64,000 bases of DNA from Chrysomallon squamiferum (GCA_012295275.1 CM022667.1:10974001-11038000), one strand, 5' to 3'. Positions 1 to 15,369 are shown, counted from the stretch's first letter. Notes: generated by a model not told the origin, from the letters alone. Made by a program: numbers and translations.

Positions 1-374
1 GGGGGGGGGTCGAAAGGAACCGAATATTCAGCAAAAACTTATAAGTTAGAACTGGACACAGATTATGGAGTAAAAAAAAAAAAAAAAAAAAAAAAAAATG
101 TATCATTTATTTTGTTGATGCCTAACGTTATTCTTTTTTTTTTTTTTTTTTTTTTTTGTTTTTTTTGTACGACCGTTGTTATTATGGAAAGAAAACCACG
201 TGCCTGACGTTAACCGTTAATAATAAAATGATGTACGGTTAAATAAATGTTTATTCATTCATTTCATGTGAAATTTATGAGATTTCTCGTTTATAACTGT
301 TGATAGTGGTGAGCTGATGATAAGTCTCGGGGAAAATATTGAACAGTGGTTGAGAGTAGTGTTTTAAAAAAAAG

Positions 375-413
<39 letters not shown>

Positions 414-2982
414 AAAGAGAAAGATTGTTTAAGACGTATGTACGCAAGCGTACACAATAAATAAATTCCGAAAGATTTTCATTTACAGCCATTTTTTGCC
501 CCTGTCTTTTAAAGCTATAAGTAAACAAAATATAATAAAGATAAAAAAAAAAAAAAAAAGATAAAATAAAAAAGGAGAAAAAAAAGAACAATAAAATAAA
601 GAAAAAACAATTGTAGAAAAGGTAATATAAGTCTAGTAGTAGTAACATTAGAAGTAGTAGAACAAGTAGTAGTAGCAGTGGTATATATATATATATATAT
701 ATATATACTAGGTAACATGTGTAATAAAGCGATACCACTAGCAATAGCAGTGGTACTAATAGTAGAATTAACAGTGCTAGAATTAATAGCGGTAATAGTG
801 ATAATTATTGTTGTAATAATATTACCATTAACAGTAATCCTGATCTAATGGCAGTAATAACAGAAGCAGTGGTGATAGTAGTAATAGTGGCAAAAATAAA
901 TGTAGTTTACAACAGCAACAACAACAACTGCTACTACTACTTCTTCTATTAGCACTAGTTCTACTAGTACTACTACTTTTTATATTACTACAACAACTAC
1001 TACTACCACTACAACTATTGCTAGTCTTATTACTACTTTTACTAATTCTACAGCTACTAGTCCTATTAATACTACAAGTACTACTACTGCTACTACTATT
1101 ACTACTAGTGCTACTAAAACTACTATTACTACTAATTACCACCACCACTAGTACTAGTACTAACCTGTTATTTCTGTTAATGTAATTTTATACGGACATT
1201 TTATAAGAACTTCTACTAAAAATCATCATTAATTCCTTTTATTTGTTTACAGTGGTTCGCTGTGTTCTGTATCGCAGAAAATAATGATTTTTTTTTCATG
1301 CAACAATTATGTCTGCTTCATTTTACATGTATATCTACGTCATCTACCTCTTTTATACGTTCGAACAGCGACCACCACTACTACTACAACCTTTCCCGTA
1401 TCAACATTATTAAACAAATTTCATAGGCTACTACTTCTGTTAAAAGCATGTCTAAAAATGTTCTGTTGTTTTTAAAAATAATCATTACTCTAGACAGCTT
1501 GAACGTGTTTAGTTATTTTTATATTAAATTGTTATTTCAAATACGTTATCGAACTCTAGAGGATAATAAAAAGTAGAATAGGATAAATTTGCTATTGAAG
1601 GGAAATAACTCTATATAGTTTGTGAGATTCTAGTTACAGCAGAGTTATCGTTCGTAAATTTAATAATTTCAGAAGCGGTGTTATATAGTTAATGTTTTAT
1701 TTTCTTTCTTTATTTTTATTTTTTAAATAGCAGTGTAATTAATGTTTTATTTTATTTTTATTTTAGTATTTTTTAAATAGCAGTAGTAATGAAAGTAGTG
1801 GTAGTAGTAATACTAATAGTAGTAGCAGTAGTACTAATAGCAGTAGTAACAGAAGCAATAGCAACAATATAATTGTTGAAAATTATTCAAAATAAATGAA
1901 GTATTCTATATGTCTTTCAGATTTCTTTGATCAGATCCTGACATACTCCTAAAACATTAGTAACATTCCAACGTTGAGAATGATCAGTATTTAATTAAGT
2001 ATTTTATTAAGTATTTATAAATTTTTGAAATTTAAAACAAATGTTTTAATTATTTTATTTTGAATTATATAAAATGCCGTAAAAGATTGAGTCGCCTATG
2101 TTCAATATTAAAATAGTTTAATAATTTTCTCTTTAACTCTTCAGGTTAAATGAAATGATTTTTGACATCGGAGTAGTTCAAAACTTAACAAAACAATAAC
2201 AAACAACAACAACAAATAAACAACAAAACAACAACAACAAAAAAAAAAAAATAAAAAGTAAAAAATCCTAAAACAACAATCAAAAAACAATAAATAAATA
2301 AATAAAATAAACTAAAATAAATAAAATAAAATAAAAGTAAAACAAATACACGTGTGCAAGTGTTATGCGAATATGTGTTTCCTTAATATAAATAAAATAT
2401 ATTTTAATGATTTAAATACTGTTCTATGGCTTCTGGACATGTTTGTAATCAGTATTTATCAGGAGGTGAAACAACTGTATTTTCTGAAATGTAAGATCTA
2501 GAAAGCTATAAAAAGAAAAGATTTTGTAGAATTTTGGTAATAGTAGTACTAGTAGTAGTAAAGTTAAATATGATAATTGTAGTAATATAAGTAATGATAG
2601 TATTAGTGATAGTAGTAACAGTAGACAACAACTACTAATAGAAGAACTACTAGTAGTAATACTGGCATAGATGCTGTTATAGTAGTAATAGCGGTAGCAG
2701 TAGTAGTAGTGGTAATTAGATTTGTAGTAGTAACAGTAACTATAAATTGATTATTGAAAGTATGAAATTTTTTGTTATTTCCAAAACAAATTGTTTTCTT
2801 TTCATTAATATATATATATATATATATATATACATACATACATACATATACATATATATATATATATATATTTTATATATATATATATATATATCAGACA
2901 TATATATCAAACATATATACTGTAGTTTTTATATGTTAAAACAATATTATTCATATATAATTATATACTGTTTGCATACATG

Positions 2983-3081
<99 letters not shown>

Positions 3082-3505
3082 CATTCACCCTGTGCGTGAT
3101 TGTGTGTGTGTGTGTGTTCCCATCCACTTAAACGCAGATGAAACCGACATTCGTGGTATGCGACAAAAACAAAACAAAAACAAAACAAAAGTAGACAAGT
3201 TGTAACGAGAACGTATCACTAGACAACTCATTTAATCAACAACAGAAAACAACAAACTCACCCACAGACTAAACCTGCAGTCAGATCCGTTTTTAGTAAT
3301 CGAAACCAGTGCTTTTTTTTTTTTTTTTTCTTTCCCCTTTCATTTCTGGGCACTGTTTGCCTAATTTCTAATACACGGATTAACAATCTTTCTGACTCTG
3401 CTCTGGGTTTGTTACTGAAATTTTGGGAACTGTTCGGAGACGAAAATAAACATTTGAGGAAGAAAAAGATTTGTTAAAGGAACTTTTTTTTTTCCCCCGA
3501 AAAAA

Positions 3506-3644
3506 ATGGAGGGCGCAAGGAAGAGAAAATCGATGAGAGGTCAATGGACGAGGCAGCTGGATTTTGTTCTCTCGTTGGTTGGATTCTGCGTGGGACCCGG
3601 GAATTTGTGGAGGTTTCCGTATTTGTGTAACAGAAATGGTGGAG
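3506..3644 (+). CDS. SLC6 transporter, alternative first coding exon 1a (N-terminus + TM1)
   Basis: Not in the ORF track. ATG at 3506 reads [46 protein letters not shown] and ends G|gtaaaa (phase 1), compatible with the acceptor at 11970. Confidence 0.8.
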
Positions 3645-3723
3645 GTAAAAATTTGTGAAAATAATGTGTGAAAATTATATTTGTCTTTTTGTCTAATATT
3701 TATATTTTTAATAATATTTCATA

Positions 3724-3819
<96 letters not shown>

Positions 3820-4069
3820 ATATATATATATATATATATCTCTCTCTCTCTCTGTCTCTCTGTCTATCTGTCTCTGTCACTCTCTCTCTCGCTCACTGTC
3901 TCTCTGTCTCTGTTTCTGGCTCTCTCTCTGTCTGTCTGTCTCTGTCACTCTCTGTCTGTCTCTGTCTCTCTCTCTGTCTGTCTCTCTCTCTCTGTCTGTC
4001 TGTCTGATATGTGTCACTCTTTCTCTCTCTCTGTCACTTCCTAGCAATGTCTGTCTGTCTCTCTCTGTC

Positions 4070-4202
<133 letters not shown>

Positions 4203-4700
4203 CTCCCCTTCCCTCCCTCTCCTAACTACTCTCTTTAACAGCAACAACTATGTATCTATCTCTAAAAATCCTTACGGCTAAACAACAATTCATTTAACAC
4301 CCACTGTAATTAAGGCTGGGGATGCAATGAACCGATTTCTGAAAAGAAAAAAAAACAACCACCTGTAGTTTACAACTAATTACAACAACAGATCTACCCG
4401 ACACGCATTTCATGCCTGCACGCACAAAGAACAACAACTCCACGCGAGTAATGTGTTTTGAAGAACGCAGACCGTGTTTGTTATGTCTTAGATCAGAGGA
4501 ATGAAGCAACAGACGAGTTGCTGTGGCGGTATGTATGACAGCAGATTAAATTTACCAGATAAACATCATGTAAAAAACTTATCGTTTTGTGAGACAGTCT
4601 GAAATCGACTGACCGCTTCTCCTGGCATAATTAAATGGATGTCAGATGTTATGTGGAAGATGCAGTATGAACTGGTCTCGTCACAACTCCAGCAAAAAAG

Positions 4701-5179
4701 TACACTCGATCCCTGTTTGCCATTTAAAAACATTCGGAAAAAATCCGGGAAATATACGAATATTCTCGAATCTACCGAAATTCGGACACGTCCGTGTGTT
4801 ACGGAAACTTCCGAAATTGCGTCATTTTCTTTGTTTACGCTGGCCTCGTGTTCACTCATATAAAATTATGTTTATTTTATTTATCTTTTTTTTTTTTTTT
4901 TTTTTGTACGTTGACCATGGCAGTATATGATCGCCTTTAAAACAAGCTCGATTTTTTTGCCTATCAAGGTGAATAAAAACTCTGAATTTAAAATAAACTT
5001 GGTTCTGTTCGTTATTCCACATTGTGAATTTTAAGTAAATTTAGTTCTGAATATTCAACATTTGTTAATACTAATTTGTATTATTTCTAACAGTCTTCGG
5101 AAAATCCGGATTTGTTTTTGTTTAATTTTCTGGATAACCCATCCCGCCTTTCTGTTCATTATTTGAGGGGTCGACTGTA
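4701..5179. mobile_element. Tc1/mariner (pogo-like) MITE, about 475 bp
   Basis: Left end TA-CACTCGATCCCT versus reverse complement of right end TA-CAGTCGACCCCT (12/14 match including the TA); TA on both flanks; internal ttcggaaaa(aa)tccgg occurs near both ends. Confidence 0.5.
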
Positions 5180-5421
5180 TCTATGATAAAAAAATAAAAT
5201 AAATGTCACTCAGTATTTACGTAATTTTTTCGGAAATAACTAGCGTTATATTTCGAAAGAATGAGCCGAAATATCTGTATCATTCCCGTATACTGGCACA
5301 CAGACATATCTTATGCACACAAATACATACACAAATAATTATTATATATATGTATAGATACTCCGACAGAGTAAGTGCATATTTGTTTGTGTTGGTGTGT
5401 GTGTAAATATATATATAATTA

Positions 5422-5582
<161 letters not shown>

Positions 5583-5869
5583 CCTTGGTCTAATAAAAAG
5601 GAAATCGTGATAGTATGAGCTGACCACAGACATTATATAAAGAACGCTGAAATCTTTTTTATCAGTACATCGAAATACATGTGCTGATCCTGTCTACATA
5701 TATGGGATGACACTCTCGATTTTGAGAATTTCCAGGAAAGTCAATTAATCACTGTGAAACATTATCTCTGTCAATCTTTTTTTTTTTTTTTTTTTTTTTC
5801 ATTCTATTGATCATAAAGATGTTTTTGTTTTTCTGTATTTAATTATTTTTTATTGACTGAATTTGCAAT

Positions 5870-6440
5870 ACGGTGTCTGATACGCGACGAATGACTTCAG
5901 GCTATAGGAATGTTGTAAACGGACAGAAGTCAGCGTGAACTGGCAAACGTCTTCAGTCTTTTGAAATCGTTGATTATCAGACCATTGGAACTTGTATCAG
6001 CAAATCCAAAATGTTGACAAATCGACGGCGTTTTGGGGATTTCAAGATGAGTACAGGATCGATTAATCGGTAATCGGGCTCCAAGAAAAAGGAGTTCAAA
6101 GGCAAATGAAATTGTTAGAAACCTTCGACAGGTTTCTGTTGTTTGTGTTATAAGTCAGACAATAATTAGAAAGCGTCTTCATGCAGGCTATCTTCATAAC
6201 TCGACGTCCACCCGCCGCCCCCCCAGGGTGGTTCCTCCTATCTCGACAAATTGTCAAACTTCCCACATACGTGAATTGTGGTAAGAACTGTTGTATTCCC
6301 CGCTGGTCACGTGACATGTCTTCAGACGAATCCCTGTTCACTTTGAAAAGTCCTTGACAAGATGGTCGATTCTGGAAACGACGAAATGGACTTCATGCCA
6401 GCATCACAGTGCGATTTCATGATGAAGGTTTTGACTGGCT
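5870..6440 (+). pseudogene. decayed Tc1-family transposase (HTH + start of DDE domain)
   Basis: Across stops and frameshifts it reads LQAIGML*TDRSQRELANVF..., WNLYQQIQNVD, QDRLI..., VISQTIIRKRLHAG, RWSRDMSSDESLFTL. These match the Tc1 AIGML, QDR, TIR.RLH and W..V.FSDES.F motifs. Confidence 0.8.
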
Positions 6441-7788
6441 TGGTCTTTCTTCTTTCTTTCTTTCTTTCTTTCTTTTGTCTTTTCTTTTTACAGTTAGGGC
6501 CAGATATTTACAAATAAAACTCATAGGTTTTTATTTTTATTTTGTACTTTTGGAGCGGGGCACAGAGGAATAACAAGATAAGAATGTCATGATAAAAAGT
6601 TAAAAAATAAAAAGTTAGAACGTCTCGTAACTGCTTTAAAACATATAATGTTTCTTTTATCTGTGTTAAGCAAGTCTGTTTACTTAACACAGCTGTTCCT
6701 GATATCTGAAGAAAGTAATTATATTTCATTTACATTGTCGTATTACAAAAGTACATTTTAGTAGACTTAAAATTAGCTTACAAAACCTACATATAATTAA
6801 GTTTCAGTAAACATATATAATTATATTTAAATAAGTTTATATATAATTATATTTCAATAAACGTATATATATATATATATAGATAGTTATATTTCAATAA
6901 TTTCACATATGAATATATTTAAGTAACATTTATATATTTTTAATAAATGAATACATAATAGTAATTAAATAAACTTACACATACTTATTTTAAATGAATA
7001 TATATAACCTGATTTTTCAATAAGCTTACACATTATTTCAGTAATCACTGTTACACTATGAAGAAATTCCCTGTGTTCACGGTGTTTTGTTTTCTTTGTT
7101 ATGAGATGACCAACCTCTGGCATGACAAAAGCTAACAGTACAATAAACTTTGTTGAAAAAAAACCCCATCCCAATTCCTGTCACAGTCAGAAACAAAAAC
7201 AAAAGAAAACAAATTTGTTGTTTACATTAATTCAACAGTACAGCTCTTTCTACTGACAACGTTTTGGCTATTTGAATCTTTTTTTCAAACCGAGGGCTAG
7301 TTGAGTATTCCGCGAACTGCTGCGCCAGACTGACCGTTGTTAACAGTTCACGTAACCCAGTCGTGTAACACCAATGTTATAAATAATAGCTGGGGTTTTT
7401 TTTTTGTGTGTGTGTGTGTGTGGGGAAATTCTGTTAAATTGGATCGAGCATCGGTGTTTAATTTTGTGTAGCGCGGGATAGCGAATCTTTTCAGCCTTTC
7501 CCGTTCTTTGTTTGAAACGTTCAGTCCAGTTCGGAGGCGAAATTACCGATGAAGAGAAAAAAAAAATGATTTTTGCCTTTGAGTATCGTTTAGATTTGTG
7601 GCGATCTGGTTAACAACTTTTGAGTCTTTGTTTATTTAAAGGAAAAAAAATAAACAAAATAAACCAACAAGAAGCCGTAAAAAAAAAAAAAAAAAGAAGA
7701 AAAAAGAAAGGTTTTATAAAGAAGAAAAATATTTCGTTATTATTCTTTTTCGAAGTGTTCTCACGTTTTTCGTAACAAAAAATAAATT

Positions 7789-7996
7789 ATGTCTGAGGAA
7801 ACGAATTTTTCACTCCCCTTCGAGGCGGGGGCGACAGAGGCGTGTCTTCCCCGGGTCACGGAGAAGGTGGAGGATAGAAACAAGTCGAGGGGGCAGTGGA
7901 CAAGGCAGCTGGATTTTCTTCTTTCGCTGGTTGGATATTGCGTGGGTCCCGGGAATTTGTGGAGATTCCCTTATTTGTGTAACAGAAATGGTGGAG
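7789..7996 (+). CDS. SLC6 transporter, alternative first coding exon 1b (N-terminus + TM1)
   Basis: MSEETNF...[36 protein letters not shown] carries the SLC6 TM1 signature; donor G|gtaaaa, phase 1. Confidence 0.92.
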
Positions 7997-8694
7997 GTAA
8001 AATTTTTCTTTGTTTAATGTAAATTACAATAATGTGTTAGTCTTTTTTTTTTTTTTTTTCTTTTTTACTTTACAGATTTGTTTAATGTATTCACACACGC
8101 AGACATGACTCATATGATTATACTGATATACGTATATATATATATATATATATATGCAAACACACATCTGTGATATGTACAGTTCATTGATCTACACATT
8201 AAAGACATTCAAACATAAGTAATGTTTATGGATATATACACCTCCACATACACATATACAGACAGAGAGACAGACAGACACGTGCACCTATGAAAAACAC
8301 ATAGTCTTATTTACTAAGATAAGTTAATTTACCTAGGAATGTACAAACATATATTCACGTGTAGGTATGTACGTGCATACTTCGCTCAGCAGCCGCAAGC
8401 CTGAGTTCTACAAATAAATGGGTTTTTTTTGTAGAAAAGTAATAAATACTGTACATAAGCGATTAGTTGTAAGGTGACAAAACGGAACACCCACACACAC
8501 ACAAAAATACGTTCGAGGCGAAACGTAACTAATAAATGTGTGTAATTCTGTCATTGACGGGGTTTGACGTGTCCTTCAGTAAGACTACGAACATTTACCT
8601 AGTTCATGTTAGTGTATGTATGCGTGTGTGCGTGTATTTATGTACGCTATGTGTGTCTGTGAATGTGTGCTTATATATGTAGCGACAGCAGTAT

Positions 8695-8895
8695 TGTAAC
8701 ATTGGTCGTCAATCGCTTGACATTTGTCGTCAGTCGTGTGACATTTATTGTCGTTCTTGTAACATTTGTCGTCGTTCTTGTGTCAGTCGCGTGACATTTG
8801 TCGTCAGTCGTGAGATATTTGTCGTCCATATTTGTGGCAGCAACATTGCGACATTTGTCGTCAAAATGGCATTGTCAATATAGCGACATTTGTGA
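8695..8895. repeat. degenerate minisatellite, about 20-bp unit (gtGACATTTGTCgtcagtc)
   Basis: About 8-9 imperfect copies of acatttgtcgtc. Confidence 0.8.
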
Positions 8896-9503
8896 TTTTG
8901 TGCCAAGACACGATTATCACTGTCATTTATCATCTTTCTCGAACAATCTTAGTAGTAGTAGTAGTAACAGTAGCAGCAGCAGTAATAGTAATAATAGCAG
9001 AATAAATGATTGTAGTAGTAGTGGCAATAATAGTGTAATAGTAGTAGTAGTAGCAGCAGCAATAGTAGTAGCCTTAGCTGAAGAGGTAGCAGTAGTAGTA
9101 GTAATGTTTTTCAGTGTTAAAAGTTATTGAGTGTATTCGAAAAATCCGCGTGCTGTATTCTGAGCACGATGACATTAAATTTTCCTTCCATCCTGAAACC
9201 ACCACAGCTCAGTTTATTCATTATTAATGTTTTACCAATTTAATTAAACACAGCAGCCAACAAGGGACCAGTTTCTGTGAAGGAAACATAAAGTTGCACG
9301 ATTCATCTGACCAAGCGTACACCAGATAACAGATGGTTAGACACGTTTATTTGTAGTAGTAGTAGTAATAACAGTAGTAACAGTGGTAATAGTAGCAGTA
9401 GCATAAATGATATATTTGCTGTCACTGAACACACACACACACATATACATACATACATACATATATTCAATACTTTGACATACACAATGCAAACTACAAA
9501 AAC

Positions 9504-9584
<81 letters not shown>

Positions 9585-9666
9585 TAGATAGATAGACAAA
9601 TTAAGAAAAAATAATCTTTTCTTTAAATAAACAAATAAACAGATAATAATAATAATAATAAATATA

Positions 9667-9728
<62 letters not shown>

Positions 9729-10610
9729 TAATCATAATAATAAAGACGACAATCATAATGATGATGGTAATAAAACAGCTTTCTAAAAGAACACATTCCA
9801 CGTGTTTGCGGTTATCACTTCTGTAACAGAGACATTTCTCTAATGTGGGGCATGATTCCACGTGGATCAAGTTTTTCTCTGAGATTGTTATCATGAAGAG
9901 GTTTGCTGCGGTTGTTCACCTTGTGGCACAGTTCTGATGTACGCAGAAACAAACTATATTTGTATCCTGCGCTTATAGAAATACTTGGGCCAGGGGTGTG
10001 AATATGTAACTTTTATTCCATTTGTATTGCTAAAAAAGAAAACAAAAAAAATAAAAATAGAAAAGAAGAAGAAGAAAAAACAATGATATTGATTGGGATG
10101 ATGATTATGAAAAAGAAGAAAACAGTGATGATGATGATGATGATGATGATTATGAAGAAGATGAATAATAATAATAATAAGAAGAAGAAAACAAAGATAA
10201 TGATGATTATGAACAAGATGAAGGAAAAGGAGAAGAAGACGAAAACAATGGTAATGATGATGATGATGATGATTATGAAGAAGATGAAGACGATGAAGAA
10301 GATGATGAAGAAGAAAAGAATAAAAAATTATGATAATGATGATTTAACAAAACAATCAGCTACTTGGATTGACTGGTGTGACGTCACAACCGGACTTCTC
10401 GTATTATATATATATATACTAGTTAAATATTAATAAAGTAATAATTAACAAAACAATCAATATTTCTTTTATATGGTTAATATCAATGAATGGGTAGTAA
10501 AAGTCTCTGTGTATGTTTATGTGTATTTGTGTAGGTAGGTGTGTAATATACAGGTCTTAAGTATTATCTGCGAAGGCGAATTTGTTACTAATTATTTAAT
10601 AATAGTAAAA

Positions 10611-10699
<89 letters not shown>

Positions 10700-11082
10700 G
10701 TAGATGTTTTACTTTTATTATTAAATAATTAGTAACAGACAGCACTGAATTGCGATAGCTGCTCAAAACGATCGCAGCCATATAATTCAAAAATAATTCT
10801 AACTGTGGCTATTTTTAGCATTTTTTTATTAATCTTTTCTCTGATAATTTGTCCGCCATCTGCCGGCATATTTACAACATTGAACTCTGCATATAAAATG
10901 TTTAATGACGATTGATACAAAATAATTGTCTCCGTGCGTCCCAGAACACAGAATGATGACTGCCAGCTGTCGATTTGGCAGTGCAGGGACCTTATTTTCA
11001 TTCATCGTGTAGTAATTAGAATACAGTTATTTCAGTCGCTTTATTTCAAAGGCTGGAAGGCAGTTCTGAGGGTTCGTAGGTT

Positions 11083-11470
11083 TTAGGATCGATAACTGAT
11101 AGGTCTTATGATCGATATTTCACAAATCATAGGATCGATAGCTCATAGATTATTAGGATCGATTGTTCATAGGCGTGGAAGAGATGGTTCGAAGATGTTA
11201 GAAACGATAATTCATAAGTCTGAAGATCGATAATTTTTAAGTCTTAGAGTCGATAATGCATCGGTTTTATAATCGATAAATCATAGGTGTTAAGATCGAT
11301 AAATTATGTATCTTAGTATCGATTAATCAATCGTTCGTCTTAGAATCGATAAGTCATATGTGTTAAGATCGCTAGGTCGTAAGTCTTAGAATCGATAATT
11401 TACCGATTTTAGGATCGATAATTTACCGATTTTAGAATCGATAGTTCATATCACAGCATCGACAGTTCAT
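11083..11470. repeat. degenerate minisatellite, about 22-bp unit with ATCGAT core
   Basis: About 16-17 copies of (tta)g(g/a)ATCGATa spaced about 22 bp apart. Confidence 0.85.
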
Positions 11471-11719
11471 TGTTCACATGTTGCATAGCTAATAGATAAC
11501 CCATTAGGCCTTTCCTTTTCGTGTTAGTTCTACATACTTTCTATTTTTATTTTTTATTTTTATTGAAATCCATGGCATATGTTTTAAATGAAAGATTTCG
11601 TTTACTGATATGAAAAGTAGTCATTAATTCGTTCATGCTTTCTTGTTGCTTTGTTTCTTGATTCGTTCGTTAATCATTAATTCATTAAATAATTCAATGA
11701 TGTTTGGCAACATTACAAA

Positions 11720-11870
<151 letters not shown>

Positions 11871-11970
11871 TCCGTTTTCCCTATATCCTCAGTCTTTGGT
11901 ACAAACATACCTAGTGATTTCTCACCGTGTAGTAATAATCTTACTTCTAATTTTTACTTTTGTTTTTCAG

Positions 11971-12102
11971 GAGCTTTTCTTATACCGTATTTTCTCTGTC
12001 TACTTCTCATTGCCATCCCAATTTTCTTCGCCGAAGTAGCCGCTGGTCAGTTTAGTGGACGTGGGGGCCTTCACGTTTGGAGCATATGTCCGATGTTTAA
12101 AG
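11971..12102 (+). CDS. SLC6 transporter exon 2 (TM2)
   Basis: ttttcag| [45 protein letters not shown]|gtaagt. Confidence 0.95.
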
Positions 12103-12291
12103 GTAAGTACCATTGGGCTCTTTCAGTTAAATCCCGTTCTAACCACTGTGTCAAGTACACATATGCAGGCACTGACAAATGATATTGAATTCAATGATTC
12201 TAATATTTTCTCGTTTTGTAAAATATATAGCAGTTGTAATAGTGCTAATAGTTACAACAACAAAACAACAACAACAACAACAACAATGAAT

Positions 12292-12359
<68 letters not shown>

Positions 12360-12972
12360 TAACGGATAAATAGAAAGACAGAAAGAGAGAGAGGGGGTTT
12401 CATAGATGCATTTGCATAAAGTACAATCAAAGCCAAACAAAATAAAAAAAAAAGAAGAGAAAAATCAAACAGAAAAAAACACACCATCAAGCTATAATTT
12501 TTAGTACGGTACAAATCGACCGTACACCAATTCGTTTGAAATTATCTGTCTATTGAAAAGCGCTGTGTTTGAAAACAATGTTAACAGCAGTGACTTGAGT
12601 CGCTGAATCTGACACTAAACACAATGAAAAACAATGACAAGGTTTTAAATACGGTCACAAACATCACAGAAGTTTTACAGTTCAACTGTCTGTTAACGAG
12701 ACACACTGTATCAATACTGGGTCACGTGGAACGATACACACACACACACACACAAGACACACACAGACAGACAGACACATACACGCACACACACACACAG
12801 ACACACACATACACACACACGCACACACACAGACACACACACAAACACACACGTACACACACATACACACGTACACGCACACACACACACACACACACAT
12901 ACACACACATACACGCACACACACAAACACGCACATACACACAGACCCACACACACATCTTTTTTCCCCCAT

Positions 12973-13057
<85 letters not shown>

Positions 13058-13179
13058 TACTACAGTGCTTCTGTTGTTATAAATACGACAGAAAAAAAAA
13101 AAAAAAATAAAAATAATAAAAAAAAAATTAAAAAAATAAAATAAAATTAATAAAAATGTATTCTATTTTTTATCTTCAG

Positions 13180-13543
13180 GCATCGGCTTCACCATGACCA
13201 TTGTGGCTACCGTCACCGCCGTCTACTTCAACCTCATCATCGCCTGGGTTCTGTACTACCTGGTGAGGTCATTCGCCAGTGTGTTGCCATGGACAACGTG
13301 TGGTAATGCCTGGAACACGCCCGCTTGCTTTGAAGCGAATTACTCGTTGAACATCGCCAGCATGAACAATACTTCCAATTCTTCTGATGTGATGTCGTCA
13401 GATAGGTCGTCACTGTTAAATGCAGTTTTTGGTGACGTCACTACCTCGAGCACTGTGAATTCTTCACTGACACCGGATATGACTTACCTAAGCGGAACCG
13501 GAAATACGTCAAGAACTATGTCAGCCGTAGAAGAATTTTGGCA
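13180..13543 (+). CDS. SLC6 transporter exon 3 (TM3 + EL2)
   Basis: cttcag| GIGFTMTIVATVTAVYFNLIIAW...LPWTTCGNAWNTPAC...AVEEFW CA|gtaatt; EL2 C-x8-C present. Confidence 0.95.
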
Positions 13544-13767
13544 GTAATTCTGTCTTTGTATTTTTTTGTATTACATTTTTTTTAGTTATGTACTAATGGA
13601 TGATAGGAATATTTACATAATTACTGCTTTGGACATTCCTTTTTAATATAAAATATTGTGAAATATCCAGTTCTTTAGTGCATTCAAATTTCAGTTTACA
13701 CAAATTATTAATGAATAATGTTCAGAACATATTTATTATGTTTTAATTATTATTATTTCTTGTTTAG

Positions 13768-13900
13768 TTTTAACACGCTGAACAAATCTAATGGTTTGGA
13801 TGAAATTGGCGCCATTCAGATACACATGACGCTCAGCATGCTGGGAGCTTGGGTTTTGGTTTTCCTTTGTCTCATCAAGGGAGTTAAATCGGTTGGAAAG
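13768..13900 (+). CDS. SLC6 transporter exon 4 (TM4)
   Basis: tgtttag| FNTLNKSNGLDEIG...AWVLVFLCLIKGVKSVGK|gtatgt. Confidence 0.93.
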
Positions 13901-13940
13901 GTATGTACTTCAAGTTATTTAATTTTTATATATTTGCGTT

Positions 13941-14039
<99 letters not shown>

Positions 14040-14560
14040 TCCCCCTCTCCCTCTCTCCTCTCCCCCCTCTCTCTCCCTCTCAGTGCTTCCTCTCATCACT
14101 AATATAACGTTATCAAATCACAGAGCTGATTAATTTGCACGCTAAAGTGATGTTCATTTCATTTCCCATCTATTATCGATATTTTCTATTGTGCATCGAA
14201 ACAAAACATTACCGATACATGCTCTGTGGACTGGAACATAAAATGATCAATAAGCATTGTTCCCGAAAGTACCCATCAATGTGTGTCTCTCTCTCTCTGC
14301 TGATATTTATTATGTTTGTACGGTAAGTGAAAAAAGTTCATTCGTAATCAAGGGATTGTCTTTTTTTTTTTTTTCATGCCGGATAAAGCTTTGATAATGC
14401 TGTAGTTTAAGAATTTTTGTTTCTAACAATGTCGATTTTGTATATGAAAAATATATGTCAGATTATTTAATTATTGATATTTAGATTAATTTGATTATAA
14501 TCTTTCATCCGTGAAATTTTGTTTGACGGGTTCTGAGAGTCATGTTATATTTATATGTAG

Positions 14561-14640
<80 letters not shown>

Positions 14641-14906
14641 CAGTAGTAGTAGGAGTAGGAATAGTGTGGTAGGAGTAGGAGTAGTATTACTATTATTATT
14701 TCTTTTTTGTATTTGATTATTGAGATTTATTTATTTATTATTTTAAAATTATTATTATTATTATTAACTGAAAATCATTACGTGTAAAAAAATATAAATA
14801 TTATTTTTTAAATTTTGCCATTGTGACGTCATGTCGTAGATTGAAACATACAGAAATTTCAAATATCCCAACATACTGACTAACATATATAAAATTTATT
14901 TATCAG

Positions 14907-15041
14907 GTTGTCTACGTAACGGCCATCCTGCCCTACATTCTGCTGGTAATTTTCGTCGTCAGGACTCTGATGTTGCCAGGAGCCAAACAGGGAGTGATTT
15001 TCTACATCACACCCGATTTCAGTCGTCTTCTGGACTTCCAG
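14907..15041 (+). CDS. SLC6 transporter exon 5 (TM5)
   Basis: tatcag| VVYVTAILPYILLVIFVVRTLMLPGAKQGVIFYITPDFSRLLDFQ|gtaaaa. Confidence 0.95.
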
Positions 15042-15317
15042 GTAAAACAGCAACAACAACAACAGCAACAACAACAACAACAACAGCAACAACAAACAAC
15101 AGCATCAACAACAACAACAAACAAAGGGCTTCAACAAAACAGCAACAACAATAATAATGAACTGTTGATAAGAATAATGATGTCAACAACAATGATGATA
15201 ATTATAATAAAAAATGATGAAAGGTTGATTTGAATAATGGTTGATTATGTTAATTATTTTAACAAAAAATTAAATGATGATGATGATGATTTTCATGATA
15301 ATGTTAACAAAAATAAC

Positions 15318-15369
<52 letters not shown>

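Noticed and set aside
1921-1952. Possible terminal exon of an upstream gene (tttcag|..FFDQILTYS*)
   Set aside because: Too short, with no linked upstream exon or homology visible in the window.
3506-3644. Exon 1a as a dead pseudo-exon or a separate gene
   Set aside because: It has an intact ATG, frame and donor with an 11:2 synonymous excess, and no second set of downstream SLC6 exons lies before 7789. An alternative first exon is the simpler reading, though unproven without RNA data.
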